Part shown: in pieces, positions 19,201 to 28,019 of the stretch
Layout of the letters: every line of letters starts with the position of its first letter
How positions within the stretch are numbered: position 1 is the first letter of the stretch
DNA from: an uncultured archaeon
GTDB lineage: Archaea > Iainarchaeota > Iainarchaeia > Iainarchaeales > VGJJ01
Direction: 5' to 3'
NCBI GenBank assembly: GCA_964480705.1
Contig: CAYZPC010000004.1
Location: 387 to 64,386, forward strand
DNA: 64,000 nucleotides
The notes under the pieces: model-generated
Database searches by the model: none
What the model was told of the DNA's origin: nothing
The model's input: the letters and a program-made list of their open reading frames with translations, nothing else
Program-made: the position numbers and the translations under genes

Positions 19201-20691
19201 ATGACATTCCAACGCATCGAAACGTATCCCATTCAAGCGGACATCACGGTGAGTGTGGACATTGGAAAAGATGACGTGGAGTTCGTCAAACGATACATTT
19301 TGCACACGCCCGAGTTTGGACTCGGAACGCGAGCGATGCTAAACGATTTGAAATCACGCATCGTGACAGAAGTAAACATCTCCTCCGAAAAAATGCTCGA
19401 TGCCAAATTTGTCGCCGAACTCAAAAAAACGTTTCACGAAAAAGCAGCCGTGCTCCTCGCGCGCGAACTCCCCGAACTCACGCAAGACGCGCGAGATCAA
19501 CTCTCCTCTGTCATTCTTAATGAAATGGTGGGACTGGGTCCCATTGAATTTCTCCTCGCGGATGGAAACCTCGAAGAAATTGTCGTGAACGCGGCCACAG
19601 AACCTGTGTGGGTGTATCACAAAAAACATGGCTGGTTGAAAACAAACATCATCATTACTCCAGAAGCCGAGATTCAAAATTACGCTAGCATCATTGCCCG
19701 CCGCGTTGGAAAACAAGTCACGGTGCTCAATCCCCTTCTCGATGCACACTTAGTCACAGGAGACCGTGCCAACTCCACACTCTTTCCAATTTCCTCGCGC
19801 GGAAACACGATTACTATTCGTCGTTTTCGCCGCGACCCGTGGACGGTAACCGATTTCATTGACACCAAAACATCCAACGCGGCATCCATGGCCATGCTCT
19901 GGCTCGCCATGGAATACGAACTAAACATCATTGTGTCCGGTGGAACTGGATCGGGAAAAACAACTCTCCTCAACGTCATGCTCCCATTCATACAGCCTAA
20001 CCAGCGTGTGCTAACCATTGAAGACACGCGCGAATTACAATTGCCTGACTTCCTGCACTGGGTCCCCATGACCACGCGCGAACCCAACTCCGAAGGAAAG
20101 GGCGGCGTGGGCATGCTTGATTTGCTCGTGAACTCCCTGCGAATGCGACCGGACCGAATCATTGTAGGTGAAATTCGTCGTCAGAGGGAAGCTGAAGTCA
20201 TGTTTGAAGCCATGCACACTGGACACTCGGTTTACGCGACGGTGCACGCCAACACCGCCGATGAAACCATTACGCGATTAGTAAGTCCGCCGATTGAAAT
20301 TCCCCCCTCTCTCTTAGAGGCCGTGCACTTGAACGTGGTCATGTTCCGTAATCGAAGATTAGGAGTGCGCCGTATCCTCCAACTTGCCGAATTCGTTCCT
20401 CAAAAAGCGGGAAGCGAAGGAAAAATACAAATCAAACCAAACATTTTGTACCGCTGGAGAGCATCCACGGACACTATTGAAAAATACGCGGAAAGTATTC
20501 GATTGTTTGATGAATTAGGCTTACATACGGGATACTCGGCGCAGGAACTCACCCAAAATTTATCTGAAAAACAACGCATCCTCGAATGGTTAGGCAAACA
20601 AAAAATACGCGACATTAATGAAGTGGGAAAAGTCATGGCAGAATATTATGCGGAACCCGAAACCGTGTTGAAACGCGCAGGAATCAAGTGA
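19201..20691 (+). CDS. type IV filament assembly ATPase (FlaI/TadA/VirB11 family)
   Basis: Walker A GGTGSGKTT; Asp box TIEDTRELQL; Walker B/His box region RPDRIIVGEIR…; 496 aa, typical for archaeal secretion-superfamily ATPases. Confidence 0.85.
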   Translation: MTFQRIETYPIQADITVSVDIGKDDVEFVKRYILHTPEFGLGTRAMLNDLKSRIVTEVNISSEKMLDAKFVAELKKTFHEKAAVLLARELPELTQDARDQLSSVILNEMVGLGPIEFLLADGNLEEIVVNAATEPVWVYHKKHGWLKTNIIITPEAEIQNYASIIARRVGKQVTVLNPLLDAHLVTGDRANSTLFPISSRGNTITIRRFRRDPWTVTDFIDTKTSNAASMAMLWLAMEYELNIIVSGGTGSGKTTLLNVMLPFIQPNQRVLTIEDTRELQLPDFLHWVPMTTREPNSEGKGGVGMLDLLVNSLRMRPDRIIVGEIRRQREAEVMFEAMHTGHSVYATVHANTADETITRLVSPPIEIPPSLLEAVHLNVVMFRNRRLGVRRILQLAEFVPQKAGSEGKIQIKPNILYRWRASTDTIEKYAESIRLFDELGLHTGYSAQELTQNLSEKQRILEWLGKQKIRDINEVGKVMAEYYAEPETVLKRAGIK

Positions 20692-20801
20692 GGTCTGCGC
20701 ATGATTGCACACTTAAACATCGGCCTTTTTTGCTTCGCAAAAAACCCCGGGGAAAATTTTGCATGTGTTTTGCATTACCTGTTCAAGTGGAGTGATCGTT
20801 C

Positions 20802-21695
20802 ATGATTGCACACTTTAACATGCCCCTGAATGTGCTGCCCATGCCCATGCTCCGATGGGCGAGCAAACATTTGCTTGGACTCGGCACCCAATTTGGAAAA
20901 CTCATGCCGCTCTCCGACAGCGACATGAAAAAAGCCGAAATACCCATGTCGGCAAAAGAATACTCCACCATGAGCCTCGTGATTGTTATTTTTTATTTCA
21001 TCTTTTTCGGATTCCTATTTTTTGTCATGACATTCCGATTATTTTCAAGTCTGGACATTCTTCTCCCATTAGGAGTTAGCTTTCTTTTTTCTATTTTAGT
21101 ATTAGTCCAACTCATCACATTTCCCATTATTCGCGTCACCAAAAAAGTCCGAGACTTAGACCGAAATCTCGTGTTTGCCCTGCGCACCATTCTCGTACAG
21201 CTTCGCTCGGGAGTAAGTTTGTTTGAATCCATGAAACTAGTGGGAGAAGGAAACTACGGCGCCGTGTCACGAGAATTCAAACGAGCCGTTGACCAAATTT
21301 CAACGGGAACGATTCAAGAAATTGCCCTCGAACGCATTGCAGAGTACAATCCGAGCATATTTTTTAGACGAGCCATCTGGCAAATCGTAAATGGAATGCG
21401 CGCCGGAGCAGACATTACAGTCGTATTGGGAGAAAGTGTGGACACTCTCACGGAAGCACAATCCATTCAAATTCGCAATTATGAAAGTCAAATGAAAATA
21501 CTCTCACTCGTTTACATGATGCTCGGCGTCATCGTTCCCGCGCTGGGAATCACCTTCCTCATCGTGCTCTCCTCTTTTCCCCAAATCAAAATCACCGAAC
21601 TCTATTTTTGGATTCTCCTCGCGGGAGTGAGCATCGCCCAATTCATGTATTTAGGTATTGTCAAAAGCAAGCGCCCGACGCTGCTGGGTGATTAA
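20802..21695 (+). CDS. pilus platform membrane protein, single T2SSF domain (TadB/EpdJ-like)
   Basis: 297 aa with TM helices and a GspF-type motif ALRTILVQLRSGVSLFESMKLV. Confidence 0.7.
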   Translation: MIAHFNMPLNVLPMPMLRWASKHLLGLGTQFGKLMPLSDSDMKKAEIPMSAKEYSTMSLVIVIFYFIFFGFLFFVMTFRLFSSLDILLPLGVSFLFSILVLVQLITFPIIRVTKKVRDLDRNLVFALRTILVQLRSGVSLFESMKLVGEGNYGAVSREFKRAVDQISTGTIQEIALERIAEYNPSIFFRRAIWQIVNGMRAGADITVVLGESVDTLTEAQSIQIRNYESQMKILSLVYMMLGVIVPALGITFLIVLSSFPQIKITELYFWILLAGVSIAQFMYLGIVKSKRPTLLGD

Positions 21696-21697
21696 AC

Positions 21698-22714
21698 ATG
21701 CCCTCCTCGCGCAACGATTTCATTTTTCTCCGCGCCATTATCGAAGCGTTTGAAACAGAGTTCGCCTACTTGGGAGTGCGAATCTCCTCGCGAAAATTCG
21801 TTCTCAACATGCTCATGTTTGCCTTCGCCGCGAGCGTGGGCTCCACTATTTTTACCAGCCTCGTGCTGCGCTGGCCATACTTTTTAGTGGTAGTGGGATT
21901 TTTCGCCACATTCATCCTCGTCATGGGGGGAATCTACATGTTTTTGGACTTGCAAGCCGAATCCCGCGGACGACAAGTCGAACGCGTTCTCCCCGATGCA
22001 TTGCAACTCATCGCCAGCAACATCAAATCCGGACTCACCACGGAACGCGCGCTCCTCGTTTCCGCGCGGCCGGAATTTGGTCCGCTTGAAACAGAGTTCA
22101 AACGCATCTCCACCCGAATACTATCGGGTGTTCCCATCGAGAAAGCCATCATGGAAGTGCCCAAACACATCAAATCAACTCTTGTTGAACGCACGATGTG
22201 GCTGCTCGCGCGCGGAATATCTTCCGGAGGAGAAATTGCGGATTTATTATTACAACTCTCCCGCAACCTTCGCTCCCAACTCACTCTGCAAAGCGAAGCC
22301 CGCGCATCTATCTCCATTTATGTTATTTTGATATTCTTCTCCGCCGCGTTTGGAGGGCCTGCACTTTATGCCGTGTCAAGTTTCATTGTCGAAGTCATGA
22401 GCTCGCAAATAGGAAACCAGCCCCAAATTGATCCAGGTGCGTTAGCCGCCGCGGGCGCACGATCATCTTCATTAGGCGCATTTGTGGGAGGAAGCTCTGG
22501 AATCATTTCCCCTGAATTCATCACCATGTTCGCGCAAATCATGTTATTTGTGGGAGGAATATTTGCCTCGCTCATTTTAGGGGCGATAGCCACCGGAAAA
22601 GAAAAAGATGGAATCAAATATTTGCCATTCGTCATGCTCTGCTCGTTCGGATTATTTTTCCTCATACGATTTGTGTTACACTCCGCATTTGGAACACTCT
22701 TGTTAGGCGGATAA
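21698..22714 (+). CDS. pilus platform membrane protein, single T2SSF domain (TadC/EpdK-like)
   Basis: 338 aa; LPDALQLIASNIKSGLTTERALLV…; polytopic membrane protein; adjacent to the TadB-like gene. Confidence 0.7.
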   Translation: MPSSRNDFIFLRAIIEAFETEFAYLGVRISSRKFVLNMLMFAFAASVGSTIFTSLVLRWPYFLVVVGFFATFILVMGGIYMFLDLQAESRGRQVERVLPDALQLIASNIKSGLTTERALLVSARPEFGPLETEFKRISTRILSGVPIEKAIMEVPKHIKSTLVERTMWLLARGISSGGEIADLLLQLSRNLRSQLTLQSEARASISIYVILIFFSAAFGGPALYAVSSFIVEVMSSQIGNQPQIDPGALAAAGARSSSLGAFVGGSSGIISPEFITMFAQIMLFVGGIFASLILGAIATGKEKDGIKYLPFVMLCSFGLFFLIRFVLHSAFGTLLLGG

Positions 22715-22760
22715 ATCGTTCGTGTGGCGCACACGAAATTATTATTGTGTAAATGGTACA

Positions 22761-23474
22761 CTACACTTGCGAGAATAATTCTTCTTTGGGAAGGACTTCA
22801 ATTCCGTGCGCAGTGATTCGTACGGGGCGGAGTTTGTCGCTGATTTTAGTATCGCGCATTTTGAGAATACCAATACTTCTCACAAAACGATTTTCCACGC
22901 GCGTGTGGTACAAGAGAACAACTCCATCCGCCACATATTCTTCCAATCCAAACAATCCTTCGTGCTGTCCCGTGGTGGATTCGTTGGTGACTATCGTGGT
23001 GACGTTTAATTTTTTCAACATTTTTCCCAAACTCAGGATGCGTTTTCGTGCATCTAATTCGCGTTCAAAATACAAATGAAAAATGACACCGGGGTCGATG
23101 ATGAGCCGCGATGCTTTGTGTTTCGCAACTAAATCCTCAATACTGTCTCTCAACTTGTCAAAATCATACAACTCAACGGTTTGCATGATTATTTTTCCTT
23201 TCTTAATCATCCCTTCCAAATCCCACCCAAAAATAGCGGCCGTCTCCATAAGCTCTTCAGGCTTTTCTTCCAGTGAAATAAACACGCCCGTTTCATTGTG
23301 TTTAGCCGCTCCATTGTACAAATATTGCAGGCAAAAAATGGTTTTTCCCGCTCCGGGGTCTCCCGTTAATACGACTAAATTTCCTTTCGGAATACCCCCC
23401 TCAATCAACTCGTCTAAACCCATGACTTCGGTCGGGGTGCGTTGCACGATGGCGTTGCCCATGACACTTTTCAC
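22761..23474 (-). CDS. KaiC/RecA-superfamily ATPase, FlaH-like
   Basis: Walker A LVVLTGDPGAGKTIF; Walker B-like ASRLIIDPG; ~230 aa as in FlaH; the true start may be the internal MGLDELIEGGIP (23423). Confidence 0.7.
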   Translation of the reverse strand: MKSVMGNAIVQRTPTEVMGLDELIEGGIPKGNLVVLTGDPGAGKTIFCLQYLYNGAAKHNETGVFISLEEKPEELMETAAIFGWDLEGMIKKGKIIMQTVELYDFDKLRDSIEDLVAKHKASRLIIDPGVIFHLYFERELDARKRILSLGKMLKKLNVTTIVTNESTTGQHEGLFGLEEYVADGVVLLYHTRVENRFVRSIGILKMRDTKISDKLRPVRITAHGIEVLPKEELFSQV

Positions 23475-23552
23475 ATTTCCTTAGATATATACCCATCGGG
23501 TGTGCAATTGCAGGCACTTTAACACACCCGCTTTCGCCGGAAACATGAACGT

Positions 23553-23561
23553 TTATATATC
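23553..23561 (+). promoter_or_regulatory. TATA box-like element of the major pilin gene
   Basis: TTTATATAT ~60 nt upstream of the ATG at 23618; SD AAGGAGGAG at 23601–23609 in the predicted 5'UTR. Confidence 0.4.
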
Positions 23562-23617
23562 GCGATTTGTTACCCTATCCAGCCAATTACCTTTCTTTGC
23601 AAAGGAGGAGAAAAAAT

Positions 23618-24079
23618 ATGAATTTCAAGAAACGAGGACAATCGGCACTCGAATACTTGATGACCTACGGCTGGGCCTTGGTCGTTATTGTAATTGCAGT
23701 TGCTGCATTAGTTGTATTAATTAATCCGAGTACGATTCAAGGAAATCAATGTGACGCTAAAATTGGACCGTTTACAGTTAGTCAAAGTCAAGTGACTGCT
23801 GCAACAACGCAGTTAGTTTTAGTTAATCAAACCGGACAGGGCGTGACATTAACTGATGTTAACGTTAGTGGTACGCACGGTGGTTCAACAACATACAATG
23901 ACACAGGTTCAACGTTTACTTCTGGAACGGTATTAAGCCCTAACCAGACAGTTACTGTGGTTGTTAATCAAACACCTGACATTAACACTGGATCATACAA
24001 TCTAACATATCAGTTGACGTATGATGCTGGTCAGTTACAAGGTGTTACCGCTTCAGGAAGCTGCCGCGGTACAATATAA
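23618..24079 (+). CDS. major type IV pilin (class III signal peptide, Q+1; DUF361-like)
   Basis: MNFKKRG|QSALEYLMTYGWALVVIVIAVAALVVLI (textbook archaeal prepilin N-terminus); 153 aa, Thr/Asn/Gly-rich β domain; own promoter, strong SD, downstream terminator. Confidence 0.8.
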   Translation: MNFKKRGQSALEYLMTYGWALVVIVIAVAALVVLINPSTIQGNQCDAKIGPFTVSQSQVTAATTQLVLVNQTGQGVTLTDVNVSGTHGGSTTYNDTGSTFTSGTVLSPNQTVTVVVNQTPDINTGSYNLTYQLTYDAGQLQGVTASGSCRGTI

Positions 24080-24094
24080 TTTGATTCATTTTCA

Positions 24095-24135
24095 GGGTTG
24101 TGCTCCGAAAGGAGCCACCCTTCTTTTTTTATTCT
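24095..24135 (+). terminator. hairpin + T-tract terminator after the major pilin gene
   Basis: GGGTTGTGCTCC-GAAA-GGAGCCACCC stem-loop followed by TTCTTTTTTTATTCT. Confidence 0.5.
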
Positions 24136-24155
24136 CGGTTTAACTCGTTTCTCGC

Positions 24156-24824
24156 ATGCCCAACTCATCTTTTCCCTCGCGCGCGGCAGTATCCAATTCT
24201 CCCCCTGAAAAATCGGCGCTCTCCGATGAACAACTCTCCGAACTTTTACGCCCGGGAAAAGATTTTGAAAATGCGCTCGGAGCATCCATCAAAACGCTTC
24301 CAGCAGGAACCACTAACCTTCTCATCGTGCGCCTCAAAGATTATGCCACCACGCCGCGCGCACTCTTAACCTATTTTGCGCAGGAAAAAATGCCCGGCGT
24401 ATATGTGAGCGTGAACAAACCCTACATGGACATTGTGAAAACCCTCCCAAACAAAGAAACATCCATTCCTCAAACACAATTCGTGGATGCGATCACTGCC
24501 CTTACCGGAAGAGGGGTTGAAGACAATCAAGTTGTCACGTTCATTGACTCTCCACTTGCGCTCGTGGAACTCAACCTCGCCATCTCGGATCGAATGAAAG
24601 GACTCGTGAGCAATCAAAAATTCTTAATACTCGATTCCGTGTCCACGCTCCTCGTGTATAATACTCCTCAATCCGTCGAAAAATTTTGCCACACGGTGAT
24701 TGCCAAAAACCGCGCGGAAAATGTGCTAGGATTATTCCTCATGATTGAATCCGAAGACCATCGCGGGGTAGTGGAAACGCTCGCGCAGTTTGTGGACAAT
24801 GTCATTACCGTCAAACCGCAATAA
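24156..24824 (+). CDS. degenerate KaiC/RecA-like protein lacking a P-loop
   Basis: KaiC-like topology (…FLILDSVSTLLV… Walker-B-like; LGLFLMIESEDHRGVVETLAQFVDNVI) but no GxxGxGKT motif. Confidence 0.4.
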   Translation: MPNSSFPSRAAVSNSPPEKSALSDEQLSELLRPGKDFENALGASIKTLPAGTTNLLIVRLKDYATTPRALLTYFAQEKMPGVYVSVNKPYMDIVKTLPNKETSIPQTQFVDAITALTGRGVEDNQVVTFIDSPLALVELNLAISDRMKGLVSNQKFLILDSVSTLLVYNTPQSVEKFCHTVIAKNRAENVLGLFLMIESEDHRGVVETLAQFVDNVITVKPQ

Positions 24825-24848
24825 TTTTTTCTAACTTTCAACGAAATA

Positions 24849-26024
24849 CTAGAACTCGACGACAACGCCCCAATTTTTGACGCACAACTCGCTCAATTCG
24901 CGCTTCAATTTTTCGGCCGCGTGCGAAAGATGTTCCTCTTCCTGCAAGTGCTCCGCGGCCACGCGCAATGACTCTTCTATTCCTCGCTGCGCCTCCGCTG
25001 CCTTGCTTTCCAAACCCACTTTCATGGAAAACAATTCGTGCTCCTGATACGCATTCACATTCCAACGAATCGCCTCATCCAACTGAATGAGTTGTTCAAA
25101 AAACAAAATGAATGATTCTTCTTCCAGTGCGTTCTCCAGCACGCTGCGAATCTCCTCGCGCTTTTCACTATTCGAAATCTCTGGCAATGATTCAACCGCC
25201 ATGCGTAGCAGCATGACTAATCCGGCGCCATGCACATCGCGCTGCACTGCATTTAGGGGATTGGCTAAATACCATTGCAACATTCGCATCTGCGCATTCT
25301 CCATTTCCTGAAAACGCGGTACATGTTCATTCAAATATTCTAAACACGGACGCACGCGCTCCCATGTTTCCAACCATGCTTGCGTGCGCGCCGTTTTTTC
25401 CTGCGTGAGTTTGTGAAACGACTCCTGCAAACGCATAAACGTATCAAACCCTCGGTGCTGCGAAAGCAATTCCAAGGATTGCTGCGCGGACATTAATGCA
25501 TTCTCCCACAACTGCGCATCCCTCTCCGCACTTTGCCGCGCGACAGCCATTTGGTTGCGCTGCACGAAAAGTTCGGCAATCATTTCCGCCAACTCATTTG
25601 GTTTAACTGCCGGGTGCTTTGACAAACCCTGCACGGTGATGCGGCGCATATCAATCAACACTTCATCGGCTTCCGCGAGCCAACCCTGAATCTGCGGAGG
25701 CACATTTTCTCCCCATCTGCGTTGAAGTAAAGGAACTATTTTCTCTGACCACTCTTGATGCGTGTGCGCCGCATACTTCAACAATTTTTGTTCACTCATG
25801 GGGGGAAGATGCTTCTCTAGTAATTGTGCTAACTCAGCGTCACCCATTTGTTCGGCATGTCTCGCGAGGCGCGTCACCACATGTTTCACCTGCGCGGCGC
25901 GCAACGCTAACGATTGAACCACTTTTCCCTGGTCTTTAGACAATCTTTCTTCAAAAAAAGCCCGGGCTTCCGCAAAGGAAATTTTCTGTCCGCTCTGCGT
26001 GTCTTTGCCCCACATACTGCTCAA
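24849..26024 (-). CDS. hypothetical α-helical protein (391 aa)
   Basis: Long ORF, charged/helical composition, no recognisable motif. Confidence 0.5.
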   Translation of the reverse strand: MSSMWGKDTQSGQKISFAEARAFFEERLSKDQGKVVQSLALRAAQVKHVVTRLARHAEQMGDAELAQLLEKHLPPMSEQKLLKYAAHTHQEWSEKIVPLLQRRWGENVPPQIQGWLAEADEVLIDMRRITVQGLSKHPAVKPNELAEMIAELFVQRNQMAVARQSAERDAQLWENALMSAQQSLELLSQHRGFDTFMRLQESFHKLTQEKTARTQAWLETWERVRPCLEYLNEHVPRFQEMENAQMRMLQWYLANPLNAVQRDVHGAGLVMLLRMAVESLPEISNSEKREEIRSVLENALEEESFILFFEQLIQLDEAIRWNVNAYQEHELFSMKVGLESKAAEAQRGIEESLRVAAEHLQEEEHLSHAAEKLKRELSELCVKNWGVVVEF

Positions 26025-26189
26025 CTTTCAGAACGGCGCGCGAATATATAATGGCCATTACTTCTGACGCAAAAGAAAGGGATATTGCTCTCGCCCTCTG
26101 ACACAATTACTGTGCTAAAGTACACGCGAATATCCGCCTGATTTAAAAAGGGCGAATTATTACTCAGACTGATAGTTGAGGGATGTACC

Positions 26190-26822
26190 ATGAAGATGAT
26201 TGGGATTGTAACAATGTTATTGCTTGGAATGCTTATACTCGTTCCAATTGTGTCTGCGAACGTGGTTACGACTACGATGACGTGGTTCGTTGCCTCGGCG
26301 AAATCAATTTCAGTATCATACGGTTCGCCTTGTACTTCTTCAGCGTTCTTCTTTGTTGAAACAAACGCCCAGTTTGACCCGGATTCGGATGGAAATGCTG
26401 CGCGAGTGGTGCCTACCTCTACCCGAATTGCGGACAGCAACTGTCAGTCATCCTCACAAGCTAGTATGGTTGTTACCAACACGGGAACAAGCACTCTGAA
26501 TGTGGATGCAAACTTTGGTTCGGCATTTGCAGGAGCCGATACTAACATTGTGTTAAAAGTGTGGCAAGGAACCGGAACAGGTTGTGGAACATTTGGATTA
26601 GGCGGCTGGGAAGCCACGTGTTCGGTTGTTACTGTAACATCCGCTCCCAACACGACAACGTGCCGAAACTTCAATGAACATAATGAACTTGCCGGTGCGC
26701 GAGTCATCACCAACTTAGCAGCCTTTGCCTCTCAGCAGCTCTGCTATTCGGGTGACTTTAACGCGTATGTGAGTGCAGGAGACCACAACGGATCGTTCCA
26801 GTTGGGTTCCGAATTCAGTTAA
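26190..26822 (+). CDS. secreted Thr/Ser/Gly-rich protein (Sec signal peptide)
   Basis: MKMIGIVTMLLLGMLILVPIVSA|NVV signal peptide; 210 aa β-type composition with 6 Cys. Confidence 0.5.
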   Translation: MKMIGIVTMLLLGMLILVPIVSANVVTTTMTWFVASAKSISVSYGSPCTSSAFFFVETNAQFDPDSDGNAARVVPTSTRIADSNCQSSSQASMVVTNTGTSTLNVDANFGSAFAGADTNIVLKVWQGTGTGCGTFGLGGWEATCSVVTVTSAPNTTTCRNFNEHNELAGARVITNLAAFASQQLCYSGDFNAYVSAGDHNGSFQLGSEFS

Positions 26823-26843
26823 TGGAATATATTCAACTCGTGT

Positions 26844-26890
26844 GTCCGCCTCATTTGGCGGACCACCATTTCTTTTTTCTCTTTTTTCCC
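26844..26890 (+). terminator. hairpin + T-tract terminator
   Basis: GTCCGCC-TCATTT-GGCGGAC followed by TTTCTTTTTTCTCTTTTTTCCC. Confidence 0.45.
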
Positions 26891-26951
26891 TTTGAAAAGT
26901 CAAAGATTTATTAATGCGAGGAGTATTCTCGTAGCGTTGGAGGAGTAAGAT

Positions 26952-27974
26952 ATGTCGAAACTATTTGCCGGGGGCGCATTCAAATCATCAAACAAATTAT
27001 TGTGGGGCGGAATTGCTATCATTGCCCTTGTCGGAGTATATTTCCTGTTCATGGTAAACCCTGCAGCGTCTGCGACGACAGACACTTCAACTAATTCATT
27101 AGGGACTATTCCTTCCGATTCAAGTGCATCGCCCATTTCGGCCAATACCACTGAGAATTTTTCTGAATCATTGAAGAGCGAGCTCAGTAAAGCCCGCTAC
27201 GTGAAAGAAGTATTCAAAATTAATCGTGTTGTGCTCGACTTATATGAAAAAGCAGCCATTTTTCGCGGAGAAACACTCGAGGAAGTAACTGAATTTTTTT
27301 ACAATTGCTGCGGACTCACGCAAGAAAGCGATATTTTTGCTGAATTGCCCCCTGTTCCTGCAGACTTTGCTGAAGTTGCGTATCAACTGCAAACGGGAAG
27401 ACTCTATCAAATTGGCGCATTAGGCGCAGAATATTATACGCAGCCTGAATTTTATTTTCAAGGAAACCTCACTGCATTAGTGAATCGACGACTCGCATTC
27501 CGTGCGTGGAGCGAACCCCAATTGCAATACTGGGGAGACTACGGCTTGAGTGTTTATCCCTCCACTCAAAACACCGATGTTGTCAAATCGACTCGACCCA
27601 CATTTACCGCAGTCATGTTTGCCAGCACGCCCTGGAATATTCAGAATTACATTGGAATGCAATTGATTGCCGACAGCAAGTCGAAAGAATATTTTGATAT
27701 CAAAATCTCCGAAGTGCGCACGGGACAACCCTACTTTTTACTCGAACCCACATTCCCCTATTTTTATCGAAATTGGGCAACCAAAGTGGTTATCGAAGGA
27801 AAAGTCAAACCGGACACGCCGCCCGGGGACTATGTCATTAACATCAACCCAACGCTCCCCCCATCGGAATTAAACATAACCTGGGCGGACCAGCATCCCG
27901 GATTATACGCCACGTACGGTGCATTATTCCCCGAAGATGGGTATGGTAAATTGTTCATCACGGTCTCCCCGTGA
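26952..27974 (+). CDS. N-terminally membrane-anchored extracellular protein, hypothetical
   Basis: 340 aa; TM LLWGGIAIIALVGVYFLFMV then a Thr/Ser-rich linker and a globular domain. Confidence 0.5.
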   Translation: MSKLFAGGAFKSSNKLLWGGIAIIALVGVYFLFMVNPAASATTDTSTNSLGTIPSDSSASPISANTTENFSESLKSELSKARYVKEVFKINRVVLDLYEKAAIFRGETLEEVTEFFYNCCGLTQESDIFAELPPVPADFAEVAYQLQTGRLYQIGALGAEYYTQPEFYFQGNLTALVNRRLAFRAWSEPQLQYWGDYGLSVYPSTQNTDVVKSTRPTFTAVMFASTPWNIQNYIGMQLIADSKSKEYFDIKISEVRTGQPYFLLEPTFPYFYRNWATKVVIEGKVKPDTPPGDYVININPTLPPSELNITWADQHPGLYATYGALFPEDGYGKLFITVSP

Positions 27975-28019
27975 TGGGCAAACCCACGCTTAATTAAATA
28001 CCAATTCATTCGCTTCTCC

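Noticed and set aside
22753-23484. Plus-strand ORFs 22753..23079, 22806..23009, 23083..23484
   Set aside because: Antisense to the FlaH-like gene, which has clear Walker motifs
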